Source: Clytia hemisphaerica
Taxonomy: Eukaryota
Reading direction: 5' to 3'
Length of the DNA stretch: 64,000 nucleotides
Assembly (NCBI RefSeq): GCF_902728285.1
Contig: NW_027104315.1
Location: 238,032 to 302,031, forward strand
Shown in pieces: positions 23,857 to 35,453 of this stretch (position 1 is the stretch's first letter; each line of letters begins with the position of its first letter). A model generated the notes under the pieces. The model was given only the letters and a program-made list of their open reading frames with translations. It ran no database searches and had not been told where the DNA came from. A program made the translations under genes and the position numbers.

Positions 23857-23954
23857 AAAGTCTTTAGAGCCTGAGATGATCATGTCTTCAGTGGGATGAG
23901 GTGAAAGGCAATAAATAAATTCACCACCGCCCTTAGCTGAGCATAGTTGATTTC
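23857..23954 (-). CDS. Paralog B exon 12. WD40 blade reading GNQLCSAKGGGEFIYCLSPHPTEDMIISGSKDF.
   Basis: Acceptor is cattttcttAG|GAAAT and donor is GACTTT|GTAAGT. Length is 98 nt with phase 1 to 0. Confidence 0.6.
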
Positions 23955-24432
23955 CTAAGAAAATGAATTGTCATAAGTACGCCTACAAATTTACTCAATT
24001 TTTAACCATATTTTCTTCTTTATCATTTCCGCAGTACACAAAAGGGTGTAAACTATCTTAAACCAAGCAATAGCTCATAACATAGAAAAGAAACACCAGG
24101 GAATAAGGCACACATAGCGTAAAGCCCAAGAGGATGGTACTCAAGGTAAACGGCCCTTTAAAGGGTATGTTTTTCGAGCTTCAAAAAGTACACTGAAAGG
24201 GTGTAAAAAAGTGATTTTTAGGGCAAAATTTACCTGACCAATTTTTTGCCTCTAATTGGGCAAAAAGGGTCGATATTTTGATCAAACTTAGAATAGTTTT
24301 CTCTTCACTGCAAAGGGCCGCTTTTAAAGTCCGAATTATATTGGACCGGATATATGGTTGTTCGTAAATCGAGTGCCCCCCCCCCGCTGAGGCTTATGAA
24401 AATTCAAACAACCAACATTTATCTTGAATTAC

Positions 24433-24682
24433 CTTGAAGGTCCCATCCAATTATGTTGCCCCCTACATGTGCTGAGAATATAATCTGCAATCGTTTGTGA
24501 AAGCAGTAATCGAAAGCTGGCCTCTCCATACAAAATTTCCTGGTAATTTCAAATGAATTCATATCAAGAATTACAATCCATGAAGGTTTTATGTCATACT
24601 TCAAAAATGCTGTTTTGTCAAACCACCCAGTACCGGTAAACAGATCATTTCCATTACAATCAAGCCATGAAATGTAACAAAC
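24433..24682 (-). CDS. Paralog B exon 11. WD40 repeat exon ending ...IIFSAHVGGNIIGWDLQG.
   Basis: Acceptor is tactttaAG|GTTTG and donor is CAAG|GTAATT. Length is 250 nt with phase 0 to 1. WD dipeptide context was read directly. Confidence 0.6.
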
Positions 24683-24969
24683 CTTAAAGTATCAAAATAT
24701 TATAAAAATATAACTGCCATGACATACACAGGAAATACCAAAGCAAACCACTTTTGGGTTAATCAAACAGTAAAAGCTGCAATCCATTGATAAATTTAAA
24801 CAAGTTAAGCATTTCAGCTGAAAACATTTTTAAGGATTATAAGAAATCTTTTCATTTAAAGTAGTTAAAATCTAAAAGATGTTTTTAATATTTTTCAGTA
24901 TGATATTTCACATAACAAGTGATACTTTTATGGACCTACCTGCGGTTATGCATTTAACACGTATATAAT

Positions 24970-25274
24970 CCCGGGGGGGGGGGGGGTACTAGGGCAAGAT
25001 GGGTTACGGGGATGCTCCGCTGGTCAAGGTACCTTTTTTACCTCCACGAGTCCCAGGTAGGGTCGCAAAAACACCAAAATAGAAAAATCAGTCCCCCGTA
25101 GGGTGCCTATTTTTGGAAAATTTGGGGAAAAAGTAGAAAATTTGACAAAATTTGGGAATTTCAGTCCCATTCAGGGTCACTTTTTCGCAAATTTCGAGTC
25201 CCACGTAGGGTCCATTTTTCGAACGTCAGCGGAGCACCCCCGTCGGTCGACAAGGGTAGTACCCCCCCCCCGGG
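24970..25274. mobile_element. Related G-run-terminated MITE of about 305 bp in intron 10 of paralog B. It has an 8-bp TSD TATATAAT at 24962-24969 and 25275-25282 and TIRs CCCGGGGGGGGGGGGGGTACTAGGG and its reverse complement. The interior has four tandem units of about 35 bp of the form AGTCCCnnGTAGGGTC.
   Basis: Read directly. Termini resemble those of the 6386-6727 element but the internal sequence differs. Confidence 0.5.
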
Positions 25275-25849
25275 TATATAATTGATATCTAAGTGAGCGT
25301 GACCATTAAACAATCATTCAAACACAAATAGTGACGATCTTTTAAAATTAGTCGTCTGTTTCTTATAAAAAAAACCGTTTAGAAACCTAAATTTCATGCT
25401 CTTTAAATATTCTTTCATTCAAGCAAGCAATATCTCATAAAAAAAATTGAGTAATTTGACTAAGAACATTGATGTATGCTTATTAATAGTGATTCTTATA
25501 GATAAACGTGCTTTATTTGAGCTGAAAAATTCGTTTTTTACAAAAATCTGCTTGAGCCATCTTTTACCTACTTTCATACAAAAAATCAGAAAACATCAAT
25601 GATCCGATTTTTCACAAACCGTTTTTCAGCCGTTTTTTGGCTCAAATTTGGCCAAAGATTTTTCCGAAAATCGGGCTCCGTCACATTTTGGGCATTGCCA
25701 TTTTGCATCATTGTGCAAAAAATCAGAAAAAACTAATGAGCCAATCTCGAGAAAAGCTGGTAACTAACGAACGGACGGACGGACAAAGGTTAATTTATAG
25801 GACCTCCAGGTAGGTCCAAAAAAACAAACTAAACAAAGAAAACACTTAC

Positions 25850-26682
25850 TTCTTCCAAGATTTCACAAGCACTTTCCAGTCTACCTGTAGAAACATCATA
25901 TTTTGATACCGTTCCTCTGTCATCACCAATAAGTAAAGTTTTGCTGTCAGCTGTAAGAAGAACAACTGACGCTCGTCCATTTACCTGGTGGACTAACTCT
26001 CCACTTTTTTGGTCAAATACACAAACTCTTTCCCACGCCATAATGGCTACTAAACCACCTTTTGAGCTCGTAACAGCACAGTCAATACCCCCTAGAGCGT
26101 ATTTAGCAAGCATCCGGTCACATTCCTCAGGTATGTTGGACCAATATAAAGGGTACGCTTCCCCCTTAACTGAGGGCTCCATCCCTAGAGCCAAGGTATC
26201 TTTGGTGACGTATGAGGTTGGGGCTTGTGTTACAGCCATGTTAAGACAGAAATTCGGGAATTCCCGAATATAGGATGTGTAGAGCTGAACAAACGAGGCC
26301 CATTGCTTGAGAGCATCTATATCGTCAGTATTTGTGAGTGTTTCCAAGGCAAGTGCGTATTCGTCACTAAGGCTTTGATGCTGCTTGGCAACAATGCGTT
26401 CTTTAACAAAGTAGATATTCCTTAAACTCATTTTCAAGCTTTCCAAAGGCAAATCTTGATTTTGATGAGCTTTGAGTTGATGGTAGACCAGTTGTTCTAG
26501 GGCGTGCTCGAAATATGCTGGTGGTTCCTCTTGAGGTGTTTCACGGCATTGCTTAGAGACAATATCTTCGAAAAAGTCTCTCATCCACACGTGTGTTTCT
26601 TGTTCGAATAATTCCGTCATAAATTTTCGGCGCACGGTATATTTGAGCTGGACGTGGAAGAATCGAAGATAGCCACCACCAC
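25850..26682 (-). CDS. Paralog B exon 10 (833 nt). Helical region, then the start of the WD-like sensor. The near-identity with paralog A ends inside this exon.
   Basis: Acceptor is ctgtttttAG|GTGGTGG and donor is GAAGAA|GTAAGT. Phase is 1 to 0. Confidence 0.65.
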
Positions 26683-26913
26683 CTAAAAACAGTATGCCAT
26701 TAATTAGAGTCATCTATTTGTGTGTCAACTAGATCAGTTCATGTACGAGGTTTTCTAAAGTGAAGAACTCTAACTCACTAGGTATTAGGTATTAGCTAGG
26801 GAGTATGAAAGTGCTATATTTCAACAATGTTTATCTTAGATTGCGCAACTCTTAATGCTGTTACCATTATGTTGTTAAAAAATAATTACGGGAAAATATC
26901 TAGAAAACCTCAC

Positions 26914-27504
26914 CAGCAGCTAAAAAATGAGCAATCGAATCGTAGATTCTTGGAAAATTTGCATCGTACAGAAACTCCCCATCGCCTTTTTCTCTTTGTT
27001 CTTTAAAATGCAGAAGGTCGTTGATTTGGTTTTCCAGTAAGCCATCTTTTGAAGCACACAATAATCCTGCTACGTCCTCAACAAATAGTTTACCATACTT
27101 TTCAGACCATTCGTCTAAAAGGAAGCTAAACAGGTCTGTAATGGTGTTTGGTAGACTCTCAATATACTGGGTCACTTTTTCGAAAATTCCAAACTTTCTC
27201 AACGCCTCACATGCAGCGATTAAGTACAATGGACTTTGACTTTTGGACAACAATTTCTCCATTTGATTTCCCAGAATCGGATCCTCATTTTCGGTAAGCT
27301 TCTTATTAAACCTTTCAAGTGTTGCTCGGACCATTTCTTGCAAATCTTCATGGCTCATGTTTTCGATGGGAAGTCGTTGTGCATCTGGTGAAACATGACA
27401 AGCGTTCTGAAATGTCCCATTTTCTTGGTTTAATGTTGAGATCATGAATTTGAGATTTTTGGGAGCTTTTTTTGTTGGCGGAAGCCACCACATATCCCAA
27501 GCAC
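26914..27504 (-). CDS. Paralog B exon 9. Post-NACHT helical region reading AWDMWWLPPTKKAPKNLKF...HFLAAG.
   Basis: Acceptor is ttttttAG|GTGCTTGG and donor is GCTG|GTGAGG. Length is 591 nt with phase 1 to 1. An in-frame stop lies immediately 3' of the donor in this copy, which supports an intron here. Confidence 0.65.
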
Positions 27505-28390
27505 CTAAAAAAGTAAATAGATAACGCTTAAAGGAAATTGTGATACTTTTAAAGCAGTCAGCATCTAGACTAATATTACTGTCTCCAAAATTGCGAGGTT
27601 TTGTATTCTCACTTTTGAGAACACTGAACGGAGTGACTGAAGCGATTTGGAATAACCCGCAGTATTGACCCGCAAATTTGAGGACGGTAAAAGTATGTCC
27701 TCAGTCATTTAGGATCTAGACAACTAAGAAGCTATAAATGTATCCGTCCAAAGGAAAGACATATAAACAAGCTCACTAATGAATGACCAACAAAGTTCAG
27801 AATATGGACTACCGCAATGTCTTCTGATAAATATGCTATTATGGTGTTATGTTGTTATAACCAGAGCTGGTTGATCCTACGTAATTTTGTAATTATCTTT
27901 GAAGTCATTACAGTGCATAGTTCGGACCCCCTGCTTTCTTAAAGGGGGATGACAACTTCCGAAAAATGAAGAAGAGGGATAAGAATTTTTCATGAAAAGG
28001 GGGGGGTAGCAAGGAAGGGGGATACATGTTTTTTTCTTTTATAAGCATAACGTTTATAAGCATATGCAGGCTCAGTTTTTGGTACCCAAACAATGGCTCT
28101 ATTGTTTGAGAACAATAGAATGCTAAGCATAATGCGAGCCTGATGTAGGGGCACATGCTTATAAATGGACACTTGCTTATAAAAAAAAACATGTAGTTTA
28201 AGAAGGGGGGCTTACTTATATATTGTAGATTATTTTTAAGGACTGTTATGAAATTTGGTCTTCCTGAAAGAAAGTTTTCTGTTAGGGGGGGGGGGGTCAG
28301 ACCCCTTTCTGCACTATTCAGTGGTGCATATCCTGACCATGAAAAACTTCATTTCTTTTCGAACCAAACTGAACAGTAATGGAAACCTAC

Positions 28391-28591
28391 CAAGCCCACT
28401 GTGGAATTGATTGACAGCATCAATAATGATCACAAATAATTTTTTTGGATATTGATATGCACTTTCGATGAGAAATTCGTGATGTTGTTGTTTCAGCTCT
28501 GAAGCATTTCCAGTAAATTCTTTGGATAGTTTCGTTTCACCCATATCTCGTCTGTATTTTCTCAGATTAATTTGAAGCCTTCGCATCATGC
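28391..28591 (-). CDS. Paralog B exon 8. NACHT Walker-B exon reading MMRRLQINLRKYRRDMGETKLSKEFTGNASELKQQHHEFLIESAYQYPKKLFVIIIDAVNQFHSGLG.
   Basis: Acceptor is atcaacgcAG|GC and donor is CTTG|GTAGGT. Length is 201 nt with phase 1 to 1. LFVIIIDAVNQ is a hhhhD Walker B-like motif. Confidence 0.65.
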
Positions 28592-29042
28592 CTGCGTTGA
28601 TATAAAGAGTAAACAATGACGAAATTCAATATTAATAAACTTTAAGATTCCAAGTCCAAGAAAAGGTGAAAATCTTTTACAAGCGTTAGCAAAAATGATT
28701 ATAGAGGTAACATTATAGTTATGCATACTGCATTCAAAAACGTCCGTACGTTCGACTCAACATTAAGCCTTTAAATTTAGACCCTTACAATGCAGAGTAA
28801 ATTTAGCCAAAGTTGAGTTTGCGCGAAAAATAGACCCTTACGGTGCATTTTCTTGAAAGTTTTTTACTATTTTAAGGCAAAATATGGTCAGATATTCCAA
28901 ATCTTACACCCTTAAAGTGCAATTTCCCATCTTTGCTCATTTTGACAGCTGAAGGCATTCTAAACTAAGAGTTTTGGACAAATACATTGCAGATTCTTCA
29001 TGTGCCCTCGGTACGGTGGTTGTTGACTGACTATAATCTCAC

Positions 29043-29317
29043 CTTCCAAAACATTGGAACCAGGACAAGTATCAACTGCATGGATAAACAAAAAGTTATT
29101 GTTTTCTTGAAATTCCTTCAAACATAAAACTGCAACTTTGGCCAACAATCCGGACTTTCCGCAACCCGGTTCCCCATGCAGGATCATAGTATTTGCATTA
29201 TTGCCACATTTTGCAGAACAGTGTTTAAAAGCCTTGTCAACAAGATCTGTTCGACCAACAAAATTTGACGCTTTCAGTTTGACGGCGTTCTCGTGTTGAA
29301 TTGATTCCATCGCATAC
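29043..29317 (-). CDS. Paralog B exon 7. NACHT P-loop exon reading YAMESIQHENAVKLKASNFVGRTDLVDKAFKHCSAKCGNNANTMILHGEPGCGKSGLLAKVAVLCLKEFQENNNFLFIHAVDTCPGSNVLEG. Walker A is GEPGCGKSG.
   Basis: Acceptor is ttcttacaccAG|G and donor is GAAG|GTGAGA. Length is 275 nt with phase 2 to 1. Walker A GxxGxGKS was read directly. Confidence 0.7.
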
Positions 29318-29345
29318 CTGGTGTAAGAAAAAGTAATAAGTAGTA

Positions 29346-29601
29346 CTGAGTTAAGTCTGCGACCGCAGTCGGAGGCAACCTGAAGGCTCCTCTTTCGATA
29401 GCTATCTACCCGATGGTAGGGGAGGGCGCCACTCTTTCTCACTGGATTTCTCCACTTTCCCTTGATCCTTCTCTTAATTGCTGAGCATCAAGCAGAGAGG
29501 CATCGAGTACCATTTTGGGAATCTTTGGTATGACCCAGCATGGGGTTGAGCCCACAACCTTGTGCACCGTGGCTGGATGATCTACCACTGACTACGGCCG
29601 C
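29346..29601 (-). mobile_element. Orthologous tRNA-derived SINE copy in intron 6 of paralog B. It has the same 9-bp TSD TAAGTAGTA at 29337-29345 and 29602-29610, so the insertion predates the duplication or homogenization.
   Basis: Same flanks and position as the paralog A copy. The full-length body includes the gggtagatagctatcgaaagaggagcc segment. Confidence 0.6.
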
Positions 29602-30076
29602 TAAGTAGTACTGAGTAATGAGCATCTCTAATGAAGAAATTTTTGGGTATTCCCACGATAAACGGACGTATGTCAATAAAATCTAGAGAAAGATCTAAAC
29701 AGTATACTTTATGACTTGCCGTTTTATGTGAGAGGTCGAAAGATCAAGGAAATGTCGGTAGTTTTTGAAATATATTTTTCAAAAATATCAAGAAAAGATA
29801 TCACATTGACAGCCGATTATCAGTCAAATTTTATCAAAAATGCGTCAAGAAATAAGATATTTGAAGATACTTGTTACACTCTTACTCGCTCAGTCCGCGT
29901 TGTTTTCGCACAGACGCCGTTTTTGAAAAGTGTGCCACTCAAAAATAAAGCCAGCGCTAGATTTAAGGCATAACTTTTTCTTTCCTGGAAAAGGTGGAAG
30001 ATTCTTCTCTTGTCTTCGGTAACATCTCATTGGACTTCGTGACTTGAGGTTGTTTTGTTTGTCTATTCAACAGACT

Positions 30077-31578
30077 TTAAATTAGCGAGCACCTCACTAA
30101 AAACCGAGATTTTTCATCTCGTTTCTTAGTGAGTTGTTTCTTAAGCCTGCCGTCCACTAGTGCTATTTTTGGTTATCGTGAAATGTAATCGCGAAATGTT
30201 ATCTCATGTCTGAACTTATAATTAGTTACATGTCCACTATTAAATAGGATATTTGCGAAATAGATATCATTTCTTTCCAACTTTGTAGAAGGCTTTTTCA
30301 GCGGTATCTGGAAAATTAAAATAAGTATTCATTAAGATCCAACACCATCTCAAGAGTAGGATAGATACAGTATTTGGTTAAATCAATCAAGGGTCTCAGC
30401 AGACAACACTTTCCATTGAGTGTTTCGAAGTGGTTTTTAACAACAACGTATCCGAGTAAAACTATTTGCAATATCCGCGTAAAGTAATAGAAATTGGATG
30501 ATAAAAATCGGACAAATCTGTGGATTGTATTTTTACCTTCTTCCATTCCAAGAAATTTTTCGATTTGCTCCAACAATTCTTCTTGAGTGGTTTATTTTTG
30601 TGGTCGGGATGCGACTTATCATAGAAGCATGTATAATTCCTGACGGCTTCAAATAGTTTTTCATCTTTTTTCTAAATTATTTTTGCCTCTATGGCATGTT
30701 GATAGAAAATACAATCACACTACACGTTTTTTTTATTAGAACACCTAAAATTTGGCTGAGCCTGGATGTGCTTATTTTTTAGCAATTTTCAGCCTAAAAT
30801 GTTCTTAAATGCGTTCTTAATTTTTCAGACTACTCTAAATCGGCAATATCATACAAAATAAAGAGCACTTAAAAATTGGTAAAATTTGGACAACTGCTTG
30901 AAAAGAGGAAAGAATTGTAGTTTCTTGTCATTTTTTTTCCAAATTGAGGATGGGCATGTTCCTACGATGTTCTTAATTTTTCAACGAAAGTAAGCCTCAA
31001 TGTTCTTATAAAATGGGTTCTAAAAAAACGTGTACACACCAAAATTCAAAAATCCTCTCATGTGATGAAGATGTTTTTATCGCAAAATGATTTTCTCTAA
31101 TTTTTTCTTCGATCACATGTAATTCGATCTTGTGCAAACATTGAAATAAAAGAAATGCAGGTGGTTCTATTGTTAAAAACTATCGCGAAACAAAGGTTTC
31201 GCGATTGGATAAAATCTTGAGTGAAAACTTTTTCACTCCCTATCGTGAAATAAAATAACGCGATAGACAGGCTTATTTCGCGATAGACAGTGTCTTTGAT
31301 AGATGATCATTTCGCGATAGCTAAAAAAAGCCTAGTGGACGGCAGGCTTTACTGAGTTTCACTTTGACGATTTTTGAAAAATAGAAGCCTTTCAAGTGCT
31401 TTGACGCAAATTCGATTTTTTCGCTACTGCAGGAGCTTCAAAAGTTAAAAGTGACGTCAAAAAATTGAATGTTTAGAGCCCGAAAACCCGGGCTCAAAAC
31501 ATTCGAAAAGTCGCAAAGTGGAAAAGACGTTAATTGCGTAGAGAAAACGCGGGTGACGTCTAGTATAGGCTAACTTTA
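30077..31578. mobile_element. Insertion of about 1.5 kb present only in intron 6 of paralog B. Paralog A is contiguous at 11250-11262. It contains a TIR element at about 30150-31350 with 19-bp TIRs, AAGCCTGCCGTCCACTAG and its reverse complement, and subterminal ATCGCGAAAT and ATTTCGCGAT repeats.
   Basis: Paralog alignment breaks exactly at these points. TIRs were read directly. No long ORF is present, so it is nonautonomous. Confidence 0.5.
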
Positions 31579-31593
31579 AATGAAAATTCTTAC

Positions 31594-31800
31594 TTATCAA
31601 CCTGAGTGGTATCAACGGATGAATAATTCGATAAAATTGCCTCCATTAAATCTTCCTCAACTCGTTTTTCAAATTCCTCCAACTTCTTCACATAACCAAC
31701 TCCAAAACTTTTGGCGTTCTCTCGTTTGCAAGTGATTTTTGCATTGACGAATTCGGCGTTATATTCAAACCATTTGATTTGAGGATGGTTTTGAATAAAC
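31594..31800 (-). CDS. Paralog B exon 6. Linker region reading ...FIQNHPQIKWFEYNAEFVNAKITCKRENAKSFGVGYVKKLEEFEKRVEEDLMEAILSNYSSVDTTQVD.
   Basis: Acceptor is tttttcAG|GTTTATTC and donor is GATAA|GTAAGA. Length is 207 nt with phase 2 to 2. The apparent in-frame TAA is bypassed because the donor GT precedes it. Confidence 0.6.
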
Positions 31801-32279
31801 CTGAAAAATAGGAGACAGAAAAAGTTGAAGAAATGAAGGCTAAAAATAGTTCGAAACTTCGAAACCTTTTTGGAATTGTTCAAAACACTTGGCCATTTTG
31901 GGCGAAATGAGCTAGGATTGTTTCTTTTTACAAACTATTTAATTGATCATTGCAGTGAAAAGAAAGTTATTAGGCTTTAATGTAGTTTTTCAATTCAAGG
32001 TACCCCAGAGTTTCATCTTTGGTGGGCTATAAATCCAAACAAAGAGGTTTTCGAAGACCTCGTAGCTACCTATTGAAAAAGCATGAAATCCTGAAGAAAA
32101 AAATTAGTTTTGGGTAGCACTTTCGTTTTTGAAATTCTTAATTATTTATTTCAAAAAGTTACAAAGCTCTTGGAATGAAAGCGTTTATCAATAAGAAAAT
32201 ATTATTTTCAAAATAGTTTGAGAAGCAATAATAAGTACACATTAGTGAATATTTTTAAGTAGATAAACCCTATCCCTAC

Positions 32280-32421
32280 TTGTTCAAAGCATCTCTATCC
32301 TTTTCGTAAGCTGAAGCATTTTCATTCACGGTGTATTGAAATTTCAATTGCAGATCTTCCATCTCTTTTTCCACATACTCAAATTCAAAAATCCATCGAA
32401 ATTCTTCAGGAAATTTTGTAC
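32280..32421 (-). CDS. Paralog B exon 5. Linker region reading GTKFPEEFRWIFEFEYVEKEMEDLQLKFQY...
   Basis: Acceptor is ttttaAG|GTACAAAA and donor is AACAA|GTAGGG. Length is 142 nt with phase 1 to 2. Confidence 0.55.
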
Positions 32422-32865
32422 CTTAAAAGAAAAATTTATTTGAAAGTTATCAGCCCCACAGATTTTATGCAAGAGATGAACGTAGTTGTTTGATGACCTT
32501 GCAAAAGGTTTTTCCAGGTTTTCAGACTCGAATGTCAATTTTTTGACGTCACTTGAAATTACTTGCAGTATATATAGAGAAAAATCGATTTACTTATCTT
32601 TTTAAAGACTCAAAATCATTTTCGTTGAGTTTAAATATACATACAATATACAATGGTAAAATAATTCTGTTTTGAAGTGCCCCCACTGACAAGAATAGTG
32701 CAATACAGAAAGCGAAGTGTGGCTAAGAGGGACACTAGGACCCGAGCGTAAGTAGAAATCGAATTTGAACACTTGAAAGGCTTTTCAAAAAATAATCAAA
32801 ACGTAAAATATTGCAATGTTTTTTTGCAGCTCAGTACTTTTATTAAATGAACTAACATATTTTAC

Positions 32866-33026
32866 CTTTCGGCATATTTGGTATATCCAACATATTTCTT
32901 TTGTAGAAGAAAACAGTAGGTGACTCGGATTTGATTTTGCCAGATTGCGAAGCTTGGATGGCTTCTAAAGATGTGATGCTGACCTTTTTACCGTAACTGT
33001 CAAATCTTTTGATCCAGTCGTATAAT
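32866..33026 (-). CDS. Paralog B exon 4. Linker region homologous to paralog A LYNWIKRFDSYGKKVSITSLEAIQASQ...
   Basis: Acceptor is tcgtcAG|ATTATAC and donor is AAAG|GTAAAA. Length is 161 nt with phase 2 to 1. Near-identical to paralog A exon 4. Confidence 0.6.
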
Positions 33027-33363
33027 CTGACGAAAAGATAGACTTTAAAATATCAATGGAAAAGACTCACATAAAGTCGGAAGTCATATTATCTAAGAGG
33101 GGGGAATTTGGACGCTTCGAAATCTCATTTTTAATAACTATTTCTCTATGACATAAGGATATTTCAAACTTTTGGCGTGAGGTCAAGGAGGGCAAACGGA
33201 TCCTTTCTCATAGAGTCCTTATGTGAGAGCGTGGCTATAAATCTATAAAACCCGAAATTTCTAAACGGGACACCAAAGTAACTGTGAAACCTTTTAAAGA
33301 TTATGTACACAAGGAAACTACCAATATGTGCATAAAAGATCGAAAAAATTAATTTCCACCAAC

Positions 33364-33617
33364 TTTGGCTGCTCGAATCCATTATCTGGTAAATAGTTAT
33401 CCTGCACCCAACCATATCGATCTGTTCGAAGTCCTAAAAACCATGGCATGTACACAATATCGTCCCGACATTTATCGATCTGATTCAAACAAGTTTTTTG
33501 GATTTCTTCGCAATTTTTGCTCTCATCAGCTAAAACACCCCATCGAAGATCAACTGGTATTACTCGGATGAATTTTGAGGCCAATTTTCGATTGATGCTT
33601 GGAATAACACGTTGTAC
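33364..33617 (-). CDS. Paralog B exon 3. Continues DUF4062, reading ...CLNQIDKCRDDIVYMPWFLGLRTDRYGWV...
   Basis: Acceptor is tttAG|GTACAACG. Donor is CCAAA|GTTGGT, which is weak (GTTAGT in paralog A). Phase is 0 to 2 and length is 254 nt. Confidence 0.55.
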
Positions 33618-34127
33618 CTAAATAAATGGGGGAAATGCTAGACTAGATTTTAAGATAATATAGTGTATGGTTCTCCTAAAATTAGATCCCCTGATAAGGG
33701 ACCTCCTCTGTGTGGCAATTCCCCTCTTTAATATAAGCACTCGCGGTTCTAAGAGCTTTCAAAGAGACCTTTAGCTTTAAAAGTCTCTGAGCGCAATCCG
33801 TTAATGAAGAACCTATAAGGTCTGATTCTATTCTAGCCCCAAAGGGTTTCATTTCCAACAATTAGGAAAATTAGAATAATTCAGTTGGCTCAGAACGTTC
33901 TTTCAACGTTCATCTAATATTCACATTATTCATATAATGTTCACATTATTCATATAACGTTACATGAACCTTGAAACAACATTGTGCGCTATTTGGGAAG
34001 AAAACCAAAATATCACCATCGGCATCCCTATAGAGATTTAAGCTAGTTGCGGTAGAAAAACCATGGTTTCTATTCTCCACTAAAGCCATGTAATCTGGCA
34101 CTTTTCAAGACAAATGAAATCACATAC

Positions 34128-34286
34128 CAAGATATCCCTTTCCGAATGTGTATCAATAAAAGTGGATGAAATGAAAAGTCTGATTTCAATCCAAGTTCCA
34201 ACTTCGCGTTGTTTTGCTTTCTCTTTCATTGCTTCGTGGTGAATCAAATTTTGAGATAACCATTCGTCCAATGAAATATTTTCTAC
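34128..34286 (-). CDS. Paralog B exon 2. Start of DUF4062, reading ...GTWIEIRLFISSTFIDTHSERDIL.
   Basis: Acceptor is ttttttAG|GTAGAA and donor is TTG|GTATGT. Phase is 0 to 0 and length is 159 nt. The motif matches the DUF4062 hallmark vFiSStf.D...ER..L. Confidence 0.65.
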
Positions 34287-34324
34287 CTAAAAAAATCATC
34301 AAAGAGTTGTGTGTACAGTGGAAC

Positions 34325-34765
34325 CTCCAATTGGCGGACACCATCGGGGAGTAGGGTTAGTGTCCGCTAATTAGAAGCGCCTGCCTTTAAAAACTTTTCA
34401 TTTATGTGTACTATTAAGAAATCAAGTATGTAAAATATCGGTTCGAAGAGACGCTGGGACATGAAAGAACAAGGGAGTAATTATTCAAATGCAACAATTT
34501 AGTTTTTATGAATCATAGCAGTCTTGAGGCCCCTGTAATTTATCATTTTTACGACGTAAGCAAATTCAAACGTCTATTATAGCAATTCGTTCAATGAAAC
34601 TTTGAAGTGTTTGAGAAATAAATAGTTTGGATAAATCAATCCTGTCTAATTATTTATGTCTGTGATGAATTTCACCGGCGATGTCCGCTAATTAAAAAGG
34701 AAAAATAAAGTTAGGGTTTTGGCCATTTCGTGTGAAAAGCTTTGTCCGCTAATTGGAAGGAAACT
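34325..34765. mobile_element. MITE of about 440 bp, specific to intron 1 of paralog B. It has terminal inverted CCAATTGGCGGACA and TGTCCGCTAATTGG and four copies of GTCCGCTAATT(A/G)GAAG.
   Basis: Inverted termini and internal repeats were read directly. Intron 1 of paralog A is about 400 bp shorter. Confidence 0.4.
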
Positions 34766-35282
34766 CTTTTATGAGGATTTGAGTTTTACTGTATACTTTA
34801 TTGATTTCCGGCATCGAAACCACTTCCATTTTATCTTATGTATCTGTTACTGTGATCCCCCTTCCTGCTTTTTATGTTACTAACCATTCTGTTCATTCTC
34901 GCGTGTAAATTTCTTCCTTCCTATTTCTAACCTTCGTTAAACCAACTGCATTTTGCTAATTTTGAAAATGGACCACCGCCGTACTAACTGCATGAACCCC
35001 CTGCTTCATCTACCAAACTTTCGATGATTGGGCAAAGACTTTCCTAACTGAAAGTGACGCCCCCAAAATCACATAACATATGATCTACCAAACTTTCGAT
35101 GATTGCTAGTCAGCAAAAATAAAAACAAAGAAATTTAAATTGATGATCCAGTCGTACCACCATAAATAGTTTATTGATATTTTAAAAAAAATTTTGATTT
35201 ACGTTTGACCTAAAAATCAACTCATCAACTCGGCTTAAAAACAACAACACAAAACAGCAGTATAAAAAATGAATTGATTTAC

Positions 35283-35453
35283 TGAAACTGGTGGTGCTTC
35301 TTCATTTACTACCGAAGGTGCTGGCAGTTCAGATGGTTTTTCGAATTGATTATTGTTTGATGGTTCAGTGTCTTGTACGGTAGGAGAAGGGTTTCTTGCA
35401 GCTTGAGATTGTGGGCTTGGTGGTTTGTTCTTCTTAGAGACAATCGATCCCAT
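35283..35453 (-). CDS. Paralog B exon 1 (phase 0 to 0). Translates MGSIVSKKNKPPSPQSQAARNPSPTVQDTEPSNNNQFEKPSELPAPSVVNEEAPPVS. The MGxxxS start followed by KK is an N-myristoylation consensus, and the remainder is a Pro/Ser-rich low-complexity N-terminus.
   Basis: ATG is the reverse complement of 35451-35453. Donor is GTAAAT immediately after codon TCA. Homologous to paralog A exon 1. The in-frame TTG at 35477 used by the ORF track is not an ATG. Confidence 0.6.

Larger units (their letters stand above)
16273..35453 (-). other. Gene span of NWD1-like STAND NTPase paralog B. It has 19 coding exons, ATG at 35453 and TAA at 16273-16275. Domain order is N-myristoylation motif, DUF4062, NACHT, then WD40 repeats. 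Predicted protein is 1540 aa.
   Basis: Manual splice reconstruction. Every exon has an upstream AG and a downstream GT. Cumulative phase is consistent across all 19 exons and the summed CDS is 4623 nt, divisible by 3. Domain motifs were read from the translation. Confidence 0.65.

Noticed and set aside
25941-26273. Plus-strand ORFs lying opposite the minus-strand exons, and minus-strand ORFs opposite the actin exon. These are 25941..26273, 26225..26425, 6828..7010, 7182..7409, 8577..8759, 14163..14369, 33365..33571, 56646..56909, 57059..57331 and 56812..57075.
   Set aside because: They are mirror or overlapping frames of well-supported exons in the paralog genes and in actin. They carry no independent support.
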